Shown: positions 37,558 through 50,399, numbered from the whole stretch's first letter. The stretch: DNA of 63,921 nt, filler included, from Octopus bimaculoides (GCF_001194135.2; 5 parts of 5 records of this genome joined end to end with filler, not necessarily neighbours in it); one strand, 5' to 3'. A program made the numbers and translations. Notes: a model not told the origin generated them from the letters alone.

Positions 37558-37676
37558 TTCACTTCAACATTTAAATTTAATTTGTCAAAATATTTTCGTC
37601 GCCTTGAGACCGAGACCTGTTCACTGACCTGTTCACTGACAAAATTGTGCAGCACAATTTTGTCAGTGAACAGGTC
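37558..37676. repeat. Interspersed repeat ending in a perfect 25-bp hairpin
   Basis: Arms 37626-37650 and 37652-37676 are exact reverse complements. A related copy lies at 58397-58496. Confidence 0.9.
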
Positions 37677-37695
37677 GAGAGAGTGACAGAGAGAG

Positions 37696-38183
37696 AGTAA
37701 AATCTATTTGCCAACGTAAATTGACAGTCCTGATTAGGACGATATTACTACCCTTTTTAGCCCCAGGAGAACATCTTTTCCAGCTGGCTACCTACGCACC
37801 ACTGTTACAACTTCTCGCTCAAAGATTTGGGTCTAATTGTTTTGCTCTTTACGTGGTCAGTGCCTGTGTGTCACTCGAAGTATATACTTCGAACATCTCT
37901 AGCCAACGCTTAGCCTCTGTTGATGAAGAGAAATAACCCAGAAACCATGGTCCGCAGGAATCGTTTAAGGCTGAGTGGGGACATTAACTCCCTTGTTCGA
38001 GGTATAAGGGCGCAGTTGTGCGTCGATAGCCGGCTGGAAAAATTGTTTTCCTGGGACTAAAAAATGTTGTAACATCGTCCTAACCAGGACTGCCAATTTA
38101 CGTTGGTAAGCAGATTTTACTTTGTAGTACTGTTACTGTTTACTTCTCGCTCAGAGATTTGGGGCTGATTGTTTTCCTTCTTA
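37696..38183. mobile_element. Miniature LTR/TRIM-like or fold-back element
   Basis: 37803-38074 is bounded by TGTTACAAC...GTTGTAACA. Its first ~50 bp are repeated at 38131-38183. 37696-37799 is an inverted copy of 38018-38121. Confidence 0.6.
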
Positions 38184-38194
38184 TATATATATAT

Positions 38195-38370
38195 TAGAGA
38201 CCGATAAAATAAATACCAGGCTTACAAAGAATAAGTCCTGGGGTCGATTTGTTCGACAAATAACTGAAACAAAAGAATATACATGTGTGTGTTTGCCACG
38301 CAACGGGACTGAATCCGGAACCATGTGTTTAGGAAGCAAGCTTCTTAGCTTCTTACCACACAGCCACATG
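38195..38370. mobile_element. SINE family C fragments (3' part plus, head minus)
   Basis: accaggcttacaaagaataagtcctggggtcgat, and gggactgaatccggaaccatgtg...cttaccacacagccac. Confidence 0.75.
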
Positions 38371-39109
38371 ATGTATAACAGGAATTATTATTTTCTGTAC
38401 CGTTAAACTGTAATTATAGAAAGAAGGGAAACAAGAAAGATAAGTAGCTTCAGACAGGAAGAAGTGTGTGAAATATATAGTTGTTTAGATACATTGCGTA
38501 AATATTCTGATGACCACACATACAATAAGCGTCGTTATGTGTGTGTGTGCGTGCGCGTGTATGAATGTCCGAATATCTGTGTTTCGTAATGTGTATATGG
38601 AGTGAATCTATCTTACTCAGACAATGTTTGCATCGGATACTATTCTTTAAAATGCTTAAATTAAGTCCCCCGTTCCTTCTCTTTCTTACTCCGTCTCTAC
38701 TCATATAGAAAAATACATATATAGACGCACATAAACCATCTACGGAGATAACCTATATCTATGCAGATTTACTAAATCCCTACCAATGAGTTATTTTTGT
38801 TCACTCTTCATCTATTTGTTTGTTTGTCTAAGTATCAACTATTTTATCTCTGTAGCTGTCTTCTAATCGTTATTTAAAATAGTTATTGTANNNNNNNNNN
38901 NNNNNNNNNNNNNNNNNNNNNNNNNNNNNNNNNNNNNNNNNNNNNNNNNNNNNNNNNNNNNNNNNNNNNNNNNNNNNNNNNNNNNNNNNNNNNNNNNNNN
39001 NNNNNNNNNNNNNNNNNNNNNNNNNNNNNNNNNNNNNNNNNNNNNNNNNNNNNNNNNNNNNNNNNNNNNNNNNNNNNNNNNNNNNNNNNNNNNNNNNNNN
39101 NNNNNNNNN

Positions 39110-39365
39110 TTGTAAGCCTGGTATTTTTTATCGGTCTCTTTTGCTGAGCCACTAAGTTACGGGGACGTAAACACACCAACATAGGTCGTCAATCGATGGT
39201 GGGGGGACAAGCACGACGGGATTTTTTCAGTTTCCATCTACCAAGTCCACTCACAAGGCTTTGGTTGGTCCGAGGCTAGTAAAAGACACTTGCCCAATGT
39301 ACCACACAGTGGGACTGAACCCGGGACCATGTGGTTGGGAAGCAAGCTTCTTATCACACAGCTAC
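39110..39365 (-). mobile_element. SINE family C
   Basis: Links the tRNA-like head to the gtgtttacgtccccgtaacttag...agagaccgata...accaggcttaca body, showing both belong to one element. Confidence 0.85.
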
Positions 39366-39639
39366 AGAAAGAGAGAGGGAGAGAGAGAAGGAGAGAGAGA
39401 AGGAGAGAGAGAAGGAGAGAGAGAAGGAGAGAGAGAGGAGAGAGTGATAGATAAATACGTATGTATATATGCATACTTATGCAGGGAAAGGAAATTTAAT
39501 TACGTCAACTCCAGGTCTAAATTGGTACTTAATATTATTGAGCACGAAACAAGAAAGGGAAAGTCGACCAGGAGGAAATTTGAAATTAGGACATAAAGAA
39601 TGGCACAAAACATTTTACGTGTGACAATGATTCTGCCAG

Positions 39640-39860
39640 TTCACCGCCTAAGTATGGAATACAGTTATAATGCTTTCTGTTTTAAGCACAAGGCTTGGAA
39701 TTTTTTGGTGGGGGAGGGAGGAGAAGAGTTGATTACAAGGACCCCACTGCTTAACTGGTACTTATTTTATCAACTCCAAAAGGATGAACGGCTGAGGACC
39801 TCGACGGAATTTGAACTCAGAACGTAAAGACGGACGAAATGCCGCTGAGAATTCTACCAC
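39640..39860 (-). mobile_element. SINE family B
   Basis: aaggatgaacggctgaggacctcgacggaatttgaactcagaacgtaaagacggacgaaat. Confidence 0.8.
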
Positions 39861-39866
39861 CTTGCT

Positions 39867-39909
<43 letters not shown>

Positions 39910-39910
<1 letters not shown>

Positions 39911-40545
39911 TATAGACCACATAATCTCAGGGTGTAGAGTCTTAACACTTGTAGAATATAAAGCAAGACATGACAGAGTTGGCCAGTATTTACACTGGAC
40001 AATATGTCGGCATTATAAAATCAAAACCGCTGACAAATGGTATAAACACCATACCGACAAAACTATAAAAGCTAATAAATCGGATATTATTATAAAAGAT
40101 CAGACAAAAAGATGTGTTTATTAAAAGACATGAGTATTCCTTGCGATCACAATATAGTGGCGAAAGAATTTGACAAGATCAGTAAATATAAAGACTTGCT
40201 AATAGAAATTGAAAAGATGTGGCATCTCAAGGCAACTACCGTACCAGTGATTGTAGGATCTCTAGGAATAATTTTAAAAAAGGTACTGAAACCTATTTGA
40301 AAATGAAAGCAGGCTTACCATCCCTACAGGAAGTGCAAACAATCGTGTTAACTGGAAATCTCATGTACTGAGATGAGCATTATCGCTGTGAAAACAACAT
40401 CCATTCATGAATTTATTTATTTATTAATTTTTTTACATACATATTTTACCTGTAAATTTGCGTATGCAAACTGGGAATGCATACAATGGGTTTCTCTGCC
40501 CTAGGTGTACGGAAAACTCTCGGCGAGAAATGGAAGAAAATTTGA
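39910..40545 (+). mobile_element. R4/Dong-type LINE, 5' truncated
   Basis: TIDHIISGCRVLTLVEYKARHDRVGQYLHWTICRHYKI...DKWYKH; IIIKDQTKKMCLLKDMSIP...KISKYKDLLIEIEKMWHLK..VPVIVGSLG. (TAA)n directly upstream and an AAC/AAT-rich run downstream. Confidence 0.85.
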
Positions 40546-40614
40546 AGAAAGAAGAAGAAAACAATAACAACAGCAACAACATAATATTAATAATAATAAT
40601 AATGGGAGGGGCAT

Positions 40615-40963
40615 CATAATCATGTGTGGGGGAGCAGCATAGCCATGTGTTGAGAGGAATTATTTTGGGTTTGAATAATTCACCTCTGGAAGCATGGGTG
40701 ATTTGTTCATCATCCTTAAATAACCCTTATTCAGGGACCTTTTCAGCAGGATGGGTACACTGGACGTGAAGAAAATTCTAATTGGACCCCACCTGCAAAG
40801 TCATGGGCTGCTTGTCTTGATATGAGATCACCATGTCGCGCACATATGGTTGTGATGCATGTGCCTGTTGTAGACTTATCAGACGCATAGTCAGGATGGG
40901 TGTACTGGGCTTTGGATACTTTACCCCAATGTCACTTTGATGGCATGCACTGCTCTCTCACTC

Positions 40964-41029
<66 letters not shown>

Positions 41030-41050
41030 TATAACAATAATAATAATAAT
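40615..41050 (+). mobile_element. Retroposon 3' end (family F) with (AAT)n tail
   Basis: Homologous in reverse to 54551-55075. Ends GTCACTTTGATGGCATGCACTGCTCTCTCACTC(AAT)n. Confidence 0.7.
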
Positions 41051-42289
41051 GCTTTCATTTATTTCTCACAAGGGTAAAGGATGAGGGGGACAATACCGAG
41101 ACAGGCATAAAGTGTGGGGGTTTTCATGTAATGAAATGATATAAAAAAGGTAAGTATATGCTGAAAAAGTAGGGACATATGCATAGGATATAAAGGTTAA
41201 AAAAAATAATAATAACAGCTCACCGCCGTTGGAATGTAATAATAATAATGAAATAACTGATTCATATTCTCCACGTTACCGGCCAGTACTTGATAGATTT
41301 CATCGCTAGTTAAGTGCGTTAAATATATTTGATGTAGTGAATAACAAATTTTAATTATTCAAAATTACACATTAAGTAATCAAAACAAATTATTATCTAA
41401 ATGCTCGAGGCAAGAATTACCAGCTTTGAAATTTTAATTAATTAAAACTAATTAGGTATAGGATGACGCAGGGAGTGTCTAATTTGCAGCAGTGTACTTA
41501 CAACTGAATGTCTGAATGTCTGCCTTTTTAATTTGAGAAAGAAAAATAAGTCATTCGTGGAGAAATTTTAGTTGAGAAGCTGAACGTAGAGAGATATAAC
41601 ACCAATGAGCTAATCTATTATGGCCGACGATTTATGGTTTCCCACTCCTTAATACAGTCATAGGGTAGATTTGCATGACTATCTTGAAGTTTTATCAATC
41701 CGCAGTGCATTGTAATTAGTAATAGATACCGTTAAAGTACTTGTGGTTGATAACGTGATGCAACTCCTTGGAAAAGAAAACGACCTCACACCATGTTCTC
41801 ATTATAACCTGAACAAGCAGGCAGTTATCTTCTAATGGGAATTTACACAGTAGAACATTGTCTTTTTGAATCTTCGCCAGTTGAATGTAACGACGTACAT
41901 TCTGCGTTAATGTTTGGCATTTGACCAGCTTCCATTATTGTCTCTTTACTGTCGTAATGATATTATCATATTTAATGTGATCAAACACTACCAGAATGCA
42001 GCGTGTTATCAAAAACAATATGAAATAGTATCGTGCTGAATGGTGAAACATCATCAAAACAAAATGAATTAATATTAAAATGTATATGAAAAATATCAAA
42101 CAATATCTCAAATGTTTTATTAAGTATGTAAAAAATGGTAACGGTGCCGTATGTTGTATTAAAAATATTATTCCTAATAACACCAAAAAATATTTTTAAT
42201 TATTTGATTGAACATTTGTAAAATAATGCTGGCACTCATTTAAAAAGAAGCATTCTTACAATCAGTATTAAGTAATATCTGTTTCAAAT

Positions 42290-42480
42290 TTTGGCACAAG
42301 ACAACAAATTTGGGGGAGGAAGTAAGTCAATTAAATCGACCCCAGTGTTCAACTGGTATTTATTTCATCGATTCCCTAGGGATGAAAGGCAGAGTCGACC
42401 CCGGCTGAATTTGAACTCAGAACTTAAAGACGGACGAAAATGTCGCTACGCATTTTGCTTGGCGTGCTAACGATTCGCCA
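42290..42480 (-). mobile_element. SINE family B
   Basis: ggatgaaaggcagagtcgaccccggctgaatttgaactcagaac. Confidence 0.8.
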
Positions 42481-44726
42481 CCGTATGTAATTTTAAAATT
42501 TGTATGAAAAATGCTAAGTCTAACAGGGTGATCGCAGTTTCAGTCTTTATCAGGAAAAGTCTGTTGAATGAAGGCTCCATTGCGGCTAAACTACGACACC
42601 AATAATCAAAATATTTCTAAGCAAGATCAGTTCTGTATCAAATACATTATGAAAAAAGAACACAAGATATGAATGAACACCCCACTCCACCACACCCCCA
42701 AAAAAGAAAAACAGAATAAAACAATTGTATCTTGTCAGACAAGTGATGGTCTCCGATGTGAAATGAATAAATAATATTATCAAAACTGCAGGATCAATCA
42801 TCAGCCAGTGACAAATATATGATATACCATCGAAAAATTTATATAACTAAGAAGAGCTATATAACAGGAAATGCTGTGTAGTTGTTTCACACCAATGGGT
42901 CTCGCGTTTATCTTACGATATGTTCAGATACGTACGATGAACTCCAGCCTGAATACGAGGCAATCTTACTCATACCAACTAAAATAGTTAAGTGAGTTAA
43001 GAACAAAACTAACTGCATAACATCTCTGTCGATATCTTGGTTGTTTTTTTTTTTTTTTAGCACATGTCCCAGATTCACTTTATATTCTCCCTTACATTTA
43101 CCTGATTGCGAGGAAAACTTATTAGTACCTGGACGTAATGTTAAGTTTACTTTTCACAAATTAGTTTCATTTATGGAACTAAAGTAAAGTTTCTATTGCT
43201 GAATCTATCTCTCTCCCTCTACACATCCACCATACGTGTATATATANNNNNNNNNNNNNNNNNNNNNNNNNNNNNNNNNNNNNNNNNNNNNNNNNNNNNN
43301 NNNNNNNNNNNNNNNNATAGATGGAGATAGAGAGATAGAGACAGAGAATGCGTGCGCGCATGTGCAAACACACACATACATATTGCAGCTGTTTCAATTG
43401 TGCGTGTATCTGAGCATGATTATCTTATTCTACAGAGCCTTAGGAAAATCATACTTGTGTGAGTATAGAATTAAATCGATACGAATTAGTTCTGAAAATG
43501 CTGCCCGAAATAGATTGACGTATTTTTAGCATGCAAAGGGATATTCATTTAGCTTTGTTCCCAGGGCAGTTATTTCTGGCCAGCGCACTCAATACAATAT
43601 TGCTTCAGTTAATTTAAGAAATAACGAATTTTGGTACCAGACTTTTCTAGAAAACTTTTCTGAGAAGATAATTACATCTTGAACAGCTATTTTAGTATTT
43701 TAAAACATACAAAAACTTAAATTTCTTTTGCGTTTATTTCTAGAGATGTCACCATTTTCACGAAACAAAGAAATACCGAATATATTTATTGTTGCGTGTT
43801 CTTCATTGATTAAAATGCCTCTTCCACGTTTGAAAAATGTGTAATTGTTAATAAGAATTCCTTAAATCGGCACAAAGCAACATATTTAGAAGAGTTCAGT
43901 ATATTTATTCTACACATTATTTTATAGACCACAGAATAAGCTAAGCTCAAGTAGAATTTTACCGAAGCTGAATTCTAAATGCAAAAGGATGTAAATGAAT
44001 ACGAAAATGATTTTATATCCGGGACGGCTCTGAATAATTCATAATTCAGGAGACCACCATTAACCTATACTTTCATAGACAAATATAAAATTTAGTGTGT
44101 GAAATAAATTACGGTTAATGGAGGTCACAATTATCGAAGTATTAAACTCATCTTTACATGTGATAATAAATTCGAAATGAAGACCTATAATATGTTTTGA
44201 ACAAAAAAAAAACAAAAAAAAAAATCAAATATATTTTAGAAATATGCTCTCCTACATCGAAATGTATTGGGATCGATCACATGAGAAAAGAAGTGGATAT
44301 GTAAATATTAAAAATACGGTCTCCCGGGGAAATTCTCATTTTACGAATATGGATGCTGCAAATACGTATGTAGAAACATAATTTTGTGACAATGTAGACT
44401 ATACTACAACTACGATTACCGCTAATGTATATAAAGAGAAAAACGTATTTCTTCACAGGCTGGTGAAAAGAAAGAAAAAAAAATTAAACGGTAAACGAGA
44501 CTCATTTTCACGAGATGCTTCGAATAATATTAAGTGACTGTTGAGATTATTGAGAAATACGAACTAAATGCTAACTATCACTCGAAAATAACTTGGCATA
44601 TAATTCTTGCTTCACCAGATCATACGGTATGTGTGTGTGAGTGAGTGCATGTGTGTATGTATGCCTGTGTATGTGTGCTTCTACAAATATGCATATACAT
44701 ATATGACAGACACACGTATATGTGTG

Positions 44727-44777
<51 letters not shown>

Positions 44778-45692
44778 ATACGTGTGCTGGGTGTGTGTCC
44801 TGCTTTTTTTCTATCTGTGTTTTTTTCCAATCTGACCATCAGCTGTAGCATTTTGTCATTTTTCGTCTGAAAGTACTTAGTTGGAAAGGTAAAAAAAAAA
44901 AGGAAATGCCAGGTGTGTTTTATCGTTAAANNNNNNNNNNNNNNNNNNNNNNNNNNNNNNNNNNNNNNNNNNNNNNNNNNNNNNNNNNNNNNNNNNNNNN
45001 NNNNNNNNNNNNNNNNNNNNNNNNNNNNNNNNNNNNNNNNNNNNNNNNNNNNNNNNNNNNNNNNNNNNNNNNNNNNNNNNNNNNNNNNNNNNNNNNNNNN
45101 NNNNNNNNNNNNNNNNNNNNNNNNNNNNNNNNNNNNATATATATATATATAGAGGGCAACTTTACCTATATTTTTGTAGAGTGAATAAAAAGGGGGAAGA
45201 GACTTAACCAATTTTTTCGAACCATATCGGGATCCCATCGGAGATGAATATAGCAATTTGAACAATTCCAAAGGAACCAGCGGTCAATATGTCAATATCT
45301 CACTCCATGCAGTATCAAGATACGATATGATATATGTACAGCGTGTCTTTTATCTTTTATCTTTTAATTTTTATTTGTTTCAGTCATTAGACGGTGGCCA
45401 TGGTGGAGCACCTCATTTAAGAATCGAACAAATTAGTCTTATTAACGGCTGATAGACATCATGCCACTGCTTTTTTTCAATCTAAAACTTTCTATGAATT
45501 ACTGGAGCATGGAGCGGGTGTACAAAAGCTAAAAGTTCCAAGTCATATAATGCGTTCAGTCTCTGGACGAATGTCGCATTTTGGTCAAAAAATTTATCAA
45601 GATAGCTGTTGAGATTTTTCGCAGTTGTTCAATATATGCATTTATGAATTTCCCTGAACCGTAGCTGACGGTGATGTAAGATTGTTCTATAT

Positions 45693-45732
45693 ACTGTCCG
45701 ATGAACGGGAACGTGAAACTCCGAGTAGCAGT
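45693..45732 (+). ncRNA. Type I hammerhead ribozyme motif (U4C core variant)
   Basis: ACUGU-CCGAUGA-ACG(GGAA)CGU-GAA-ACU(CCG)AGU-A-GCAGU. All three stems pair; GUA cleavage triplet. Confidence 0.7.
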
Positions 45733-45835
45733 TTTTTGTTATATTTCTGCTGCTTTTAAATAAAGCATATTACTCTACCTCTGGTATTTGAGTACTCTTT
45801 TCTCCACCTTGTTGCACATTTCATGTGCTTACTCC

Positions 45836-45882
<47 letters not shown>

Positions 45883-46167
45883 NNNNNNNNNNNNNNNNNN
45901 NNNNNNNNNNNNNNNNNNNNNNNNNNNNNNNNNNNNNNNNNNNNNNNNNNNNNNNNNNNNNNNNNNNNNNNNNNNNNNNNNNNNNNNNNNNNNNNNNNNN
46001 NNNNNNNNNNNNNNNNNNNNNNNNNNNNNNNNNNNNNNNNNNNNNNNNNNNNNNNNNNNNNNNNNNNNNNNNNNNNNNNNNNNNNNNNNNNNNNNNNNNN
46101 NNNNNNNNNNNNNNNNNNNNNNNNNNNNNNNNNNNNNNNNNNNNNNATGCGTGTGTGTATGTGTGTG

Positions 46168-46198
<31 letters not shown>

Positions 46199-46380
46199 TT
46201 GTATGTGTTTGTGTGTGTGTGTGTATGTCTGTATATTTGAATTGATAGGGAGACATATAAAAATGTATTCATGATCGTTATTTAGAAATCAAAGTTGGAA
46301 TGAGTAAGAGCTTCTTTTCACTCACCACCTAAGTTTTAAATTTATATGTATCAATGTATTTATGTTTTTCAGTATGTATC

Positions 46381-46442
<62 letters not shown>

Positions 46443-46934
46443 CTCTGTCTGTTAATCTATCTATTTGTGTTTTTCTGTATGTGTGTGCGCACACGTGACT
46501 ACACGCATATATAATTTTTTCCGTCTTCATTTGCAAATTGTACGCATGGCTGGTGTTTATTTCTACCGGTGCCAAACGATCAATCATGATGATGTATTTC
46601 CTGTGGGGTCGACTTCCTTACTAAACGTTTTTTTTTTCTATTATATCTTATATATTTGACAGCCAATGATATAACTTGATAAATTGCCTCGTTTTACACA
46701 CATACACACACACACGCACACACACACGTATATGTATGTATGCATGCGTGGATGGATGGATAGATGTATATATACATGAGCGAGTGGACAAACAAAATAA
46801 AAAAATGTACTCAACACACTTAATAGAAGATATATGAATTATTTAAAAGGGACGGGTGGCAGTTAGAGGCCCGCGAAACATGAAGACGTGTGTACCCGAA
46901 CCAAACTGTTTTAAATAATATACTTGTAATGTAT

Positions 46935-47197
46935 AAGGCCGCACGGTGGGTGAAATTCTTAGCGATATTTCGTTTGTCTTTACGTTCTGAGTTCAAATTC
47001 CGCCGAAGTCGACTTTACTTTTGACCCTTTCGGGGCCAATTGATTAAGTACTAGTTACGTACAGGGGTCAATGTTATCGGCTTAATCATTTTGTCTGTCC
47101 CTATTTGTCCCCTCTAAGTTTAGCTACCTGTGGGCAATAACATTTCTCTATAAATATATATATCCTTCCGGCTCTGTACGATCTGAGTTCAAAAGCA
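46935..47197 (+). mobile_element. SINE family B (long-tail variant) abutting gap
   Basis: 46980-47197 is identical to 47535-47752. Confidence 0.85.
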
Positions 47198-47467
47198 NNN
47201 NNNNNNNNNNNNNNNNNNNNNNNNNNNNNNNNNNNNNNNNNNNNNNNNNNNNNNNNNNNNNNNNNNNNNNNNNNNNNNNNNNNNNNNNNNNNNNNNNNNN
47301 NNNNNNNNNNNNNNNNNNNNNNNNNNNNNNNNNNNNNNNNNNNNNNNNNNNNNNNNNNNNNNNNNNNNNNNNNNNNNNNNNNNNNNNNNNNNNNNNNNNN
47401 NNNNNNNNNNNNNNNNNNNNNNNNNNNNNNNNNNNNNNNNNNNNNNNNNNNNNNNNNNNNNNNTTTT

Positions 47468-47780
47468 TTAAGGCGGCGACCTGGCAGAATCGTTAGCACG
47501 CCGGGCGCAATGCTTAGCGGTATTTCGTCTGCCGTTACGTTCTGAGTTCAAATTCCGCCGAAGTCGACTTTACTTTTGACCCTTTCGGGGCCAATTGATT
47601 AAGTACTAGTTACGTACAGGGGTCAATGTTATCGGCTTAATCATTTTGTCTGTCCCTATTTGTCCCCTCTAAGTTTAGCTACCTGTGGGCAATAACATTT
47701 CTCTATAAATATATATATCCTTCCGGCTCTGTACGATCTGAGTTCAAAAGCAGCTGAAGTTGACTTTCCCTTTCACCTTT
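47468..47780 (+). mobile_element. SINE family B (long-tail variant)
   Basis: Complete head AAGGCGGCGACCTGGCAGAATCGTTAGCACGCCGGGCG, core and tail. Confidence 0.9.
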
Positions 47781-47914
47781 CCGTGATTGTTACAGTAAAT
47801 GTCAATTAGATATTGCGGTGGGTTTAATAGTCTAACCCCTTCCACCACGAAAATATTGCTGGCCTTGTGCCAAAATTTTTAAGCATTGTTATTTTTGTTT
47901 TCAGAAATACTAGT

Positions 47915-47941
47915 GGTATTAGTAGTGGTAGTAGTAGCATA

Positions 47942-48008
<67 letters not shown>

Positions 48009-48040
48009 ATAGTGATGGTGGTGATATCAGCAGTAGTAGT
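47915..48040. repeat. (AGT)n/(AGC)n microsatellite
   Basis: Directly visible. Confidence 0.9.
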
Positions 48041-48289
48041 AGATTAGGAGAATAGTTAGGTCGTCTTCCGACGACCTACCTAACCCTTTGCGATATCTTT
48101 TTTGACTCTTTATCTTCTCAGTTCATATTCCATCGTGGCCACCTTGCTCTTTAATCCCTTCTGGGGTCGATAAAATCAGTCGGTGTCATCAATTCAAACC
48201 TACACTCTGAAATTGCGAAATTGCAGTCCTTATGCTTAAATGTTCGTTGACTTTACTGCCGTTGACTTTGCTAGTTAGAAGGGTTAATA

Positions 48290-48497
48290 ACCTATTCTTT
48301 AGCATTTAAAACGGCCATATCTGGCCCAAATATTCTATTTGCTTTATGTCTGCACAAGTCAGTTCTGTCCTCTCACACCTACCCTACAATGTCATTCTGA
48401 AAATATACAATCACATCATTGAAATTTCAAGGATGTAAGATGATACAGGATTAATTAAAAACAATGTGACAGAATAATCTGAACACTAAAGGGTTAA
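48290..48497. mobile_element. Possible piggyBac-type MITE
   Basis: Ends CACTAAAGGG followed by TTAA. The left end CTTTAGCATTT is a degenerate inverted counterpart. Confidence 0.4.
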
Positions 48498-48589
48498 TGG
48501 TATCCCTGTTTTGAAGAGTTTCTTCTCATTTTGGAGTTAATCGCAATTGCCATCTGAAGCGGAGATAATTACTATAAATCTGGCATTTA

Positions 48590-48790
48590 ACCTGGCGCTC
48601 CGTGAGTTACGTCGACCAGGGTTCCAGGTGATCCAATCAACGGAGCAGCCTTCTTGTGAAATTAACCTGCATGTGGATGAGCATTCCACAGACACGTGTA
48701 CACTTAGCATAGTTCATTAGGAGATTCAGCGTGACAAGGTTGGCCCTTTGAAATGCAGGTACTACTTATTTTTTGCCAGCTTAGTAGACT
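48590..48790 (-). mobile_element. SINE family A2, 5' truncated
   Basis: Shared A/A2 3' body plus gtactacttattttttgccagcttag, which is diagnostic of the 15566 copy. Confidence 0.8.
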
Positions 48791-49367
48791 GAAAAAGAGA
48801 GGGTGGAAGGGGTTAATTTCAGAGAAAATCTTTCATTCCAATCGCATCCATTTGAAAAACATTTTATTTAGAAACAACTATCAAATCATAGAGAAGTAAT
48901 CATATTGATCATCGATATAATAAGAAATATGAATGACAATACACAATGTGATTTGTACTTTGTCGTCTTTCGTAAAACTGTTTAAAGTTTGTCACAGTAT
49001 TTGTATAGCGATAAGTAGTCTGGTTAAATATGTGGACACAAATATTACAAACTATATCGCATATCTGTATAAACGTGAGTATAACTATTTTGTCCTATTT
49101 TTTTTTTCTGATCATGTTGTCAGATAACAACGAATTTTAGTTATTTCCTCAAGCACAAACGATCGAAGATGAACAACAACAATATGACAACACCGTCTCC
49201 AAACTTTAGCAAAAAATAAAAATACACATACACCAAAACATTGAAAACGAATGAGGCTACGAAAACGTGAGAAGGAGACTACACGCGCTAATCGTCTACC
49301 TCAAGTTCTCTTTCTCTTTGTTACATACACTCGCCTTGTTTGTTTGCCTATCGTGTCTCTAGCGTTA

Positions 49368-49369
<2 letters not shown>

Positions 49370-49404
<35 letters not shown>

Positions 49405-49423
49405 GTAAATCTCTCTCACTTCC

Positions 49424-49500
<77 letters not shown>
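49370..49500. repeat. (CT)n/(CTGT)n microsatellite
   Basis: Directly visible. Confidence 0.95.
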
Positions 49501-49501
<1 letters not shown>

Positions 49502-50399
49502 CCTTCGAATACACACTTCAGGAAATAATCACTTTCAAGTGTATAAGAAATTATCAGAGAACACATCTCAGATGATGAAAGAAGAATTATAGGAAGACAC
49601 AAACTACACACACGCAAACATACACACACACACACACATACACCCACACCCACACACACACACATTTATATTTACTTATGCACATATATACATGTATGTG
49701 CGTGTGTATATGCGTGTGCATATGCGTGGGTATTTGAACACATACATTCAGACAGGCTCACACTCTAACATGAACAAACGTGTATATAAATATTAATGCA
49801 TTTATATATACCTGCCTACATACATGCATACATACATATATATATATATATATATAGTTATGTATGTGTGTGTGTGTGTGTATATATATTTTATTATTTT
49901 ACTTGATTCAATCATTTGCCTGCGGCCATGCTGGAGCACCACCTTATTCTGTTCTTTCTTGGAGAAGTCATTACGAGTTCAATTCTATTCCTGTATCATT
50001 AGTCAAATGGTTAAGTATCTATACAACTAACAAATCGATAGTTTATTTAGAATTTCATTGCATATTCGTTTATGTTCTTCCATTACCATTTGAAACCTTT
50101 ACAGTATCTCTTGTTCTCCCAACTTGCTTAGAAGGCTACTTTCATCAACACAACGAAGTTAGGAGATCACGAGTCACAAGTTGGGAGATCACGAGTCACT
50201 GTAAAGTTTCCAAACGCCAGCGAAAGGATTTTATGGTAATTTCAAATTCTTTGAAGTTTATATTTTATGTTCTGGCATCAAAAAGAAAAGAAAAAAAAAT
50301 TACCACCTTTCTTTACGAACTCATTTATCAAAAGGAGAAGAAACATCGATCAAGCAATACACATTTTCTCTTCATCACGTACGATATTATCCTAGGGTG

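Noticed and set aside
41430-41480. Cluster of TAATTA and TGACG motifs suggesting an enhancer
   Set aside because: Such motifs are common in AT-rich DNA, and no conservation data are available.
48057-48078. 9-bp perfect hairpin TAGGTCGTC-TTCC-GACGACCTA
   Set aside because: It is too short and isolated to assign a function and can be expected by chance in 64 kb.
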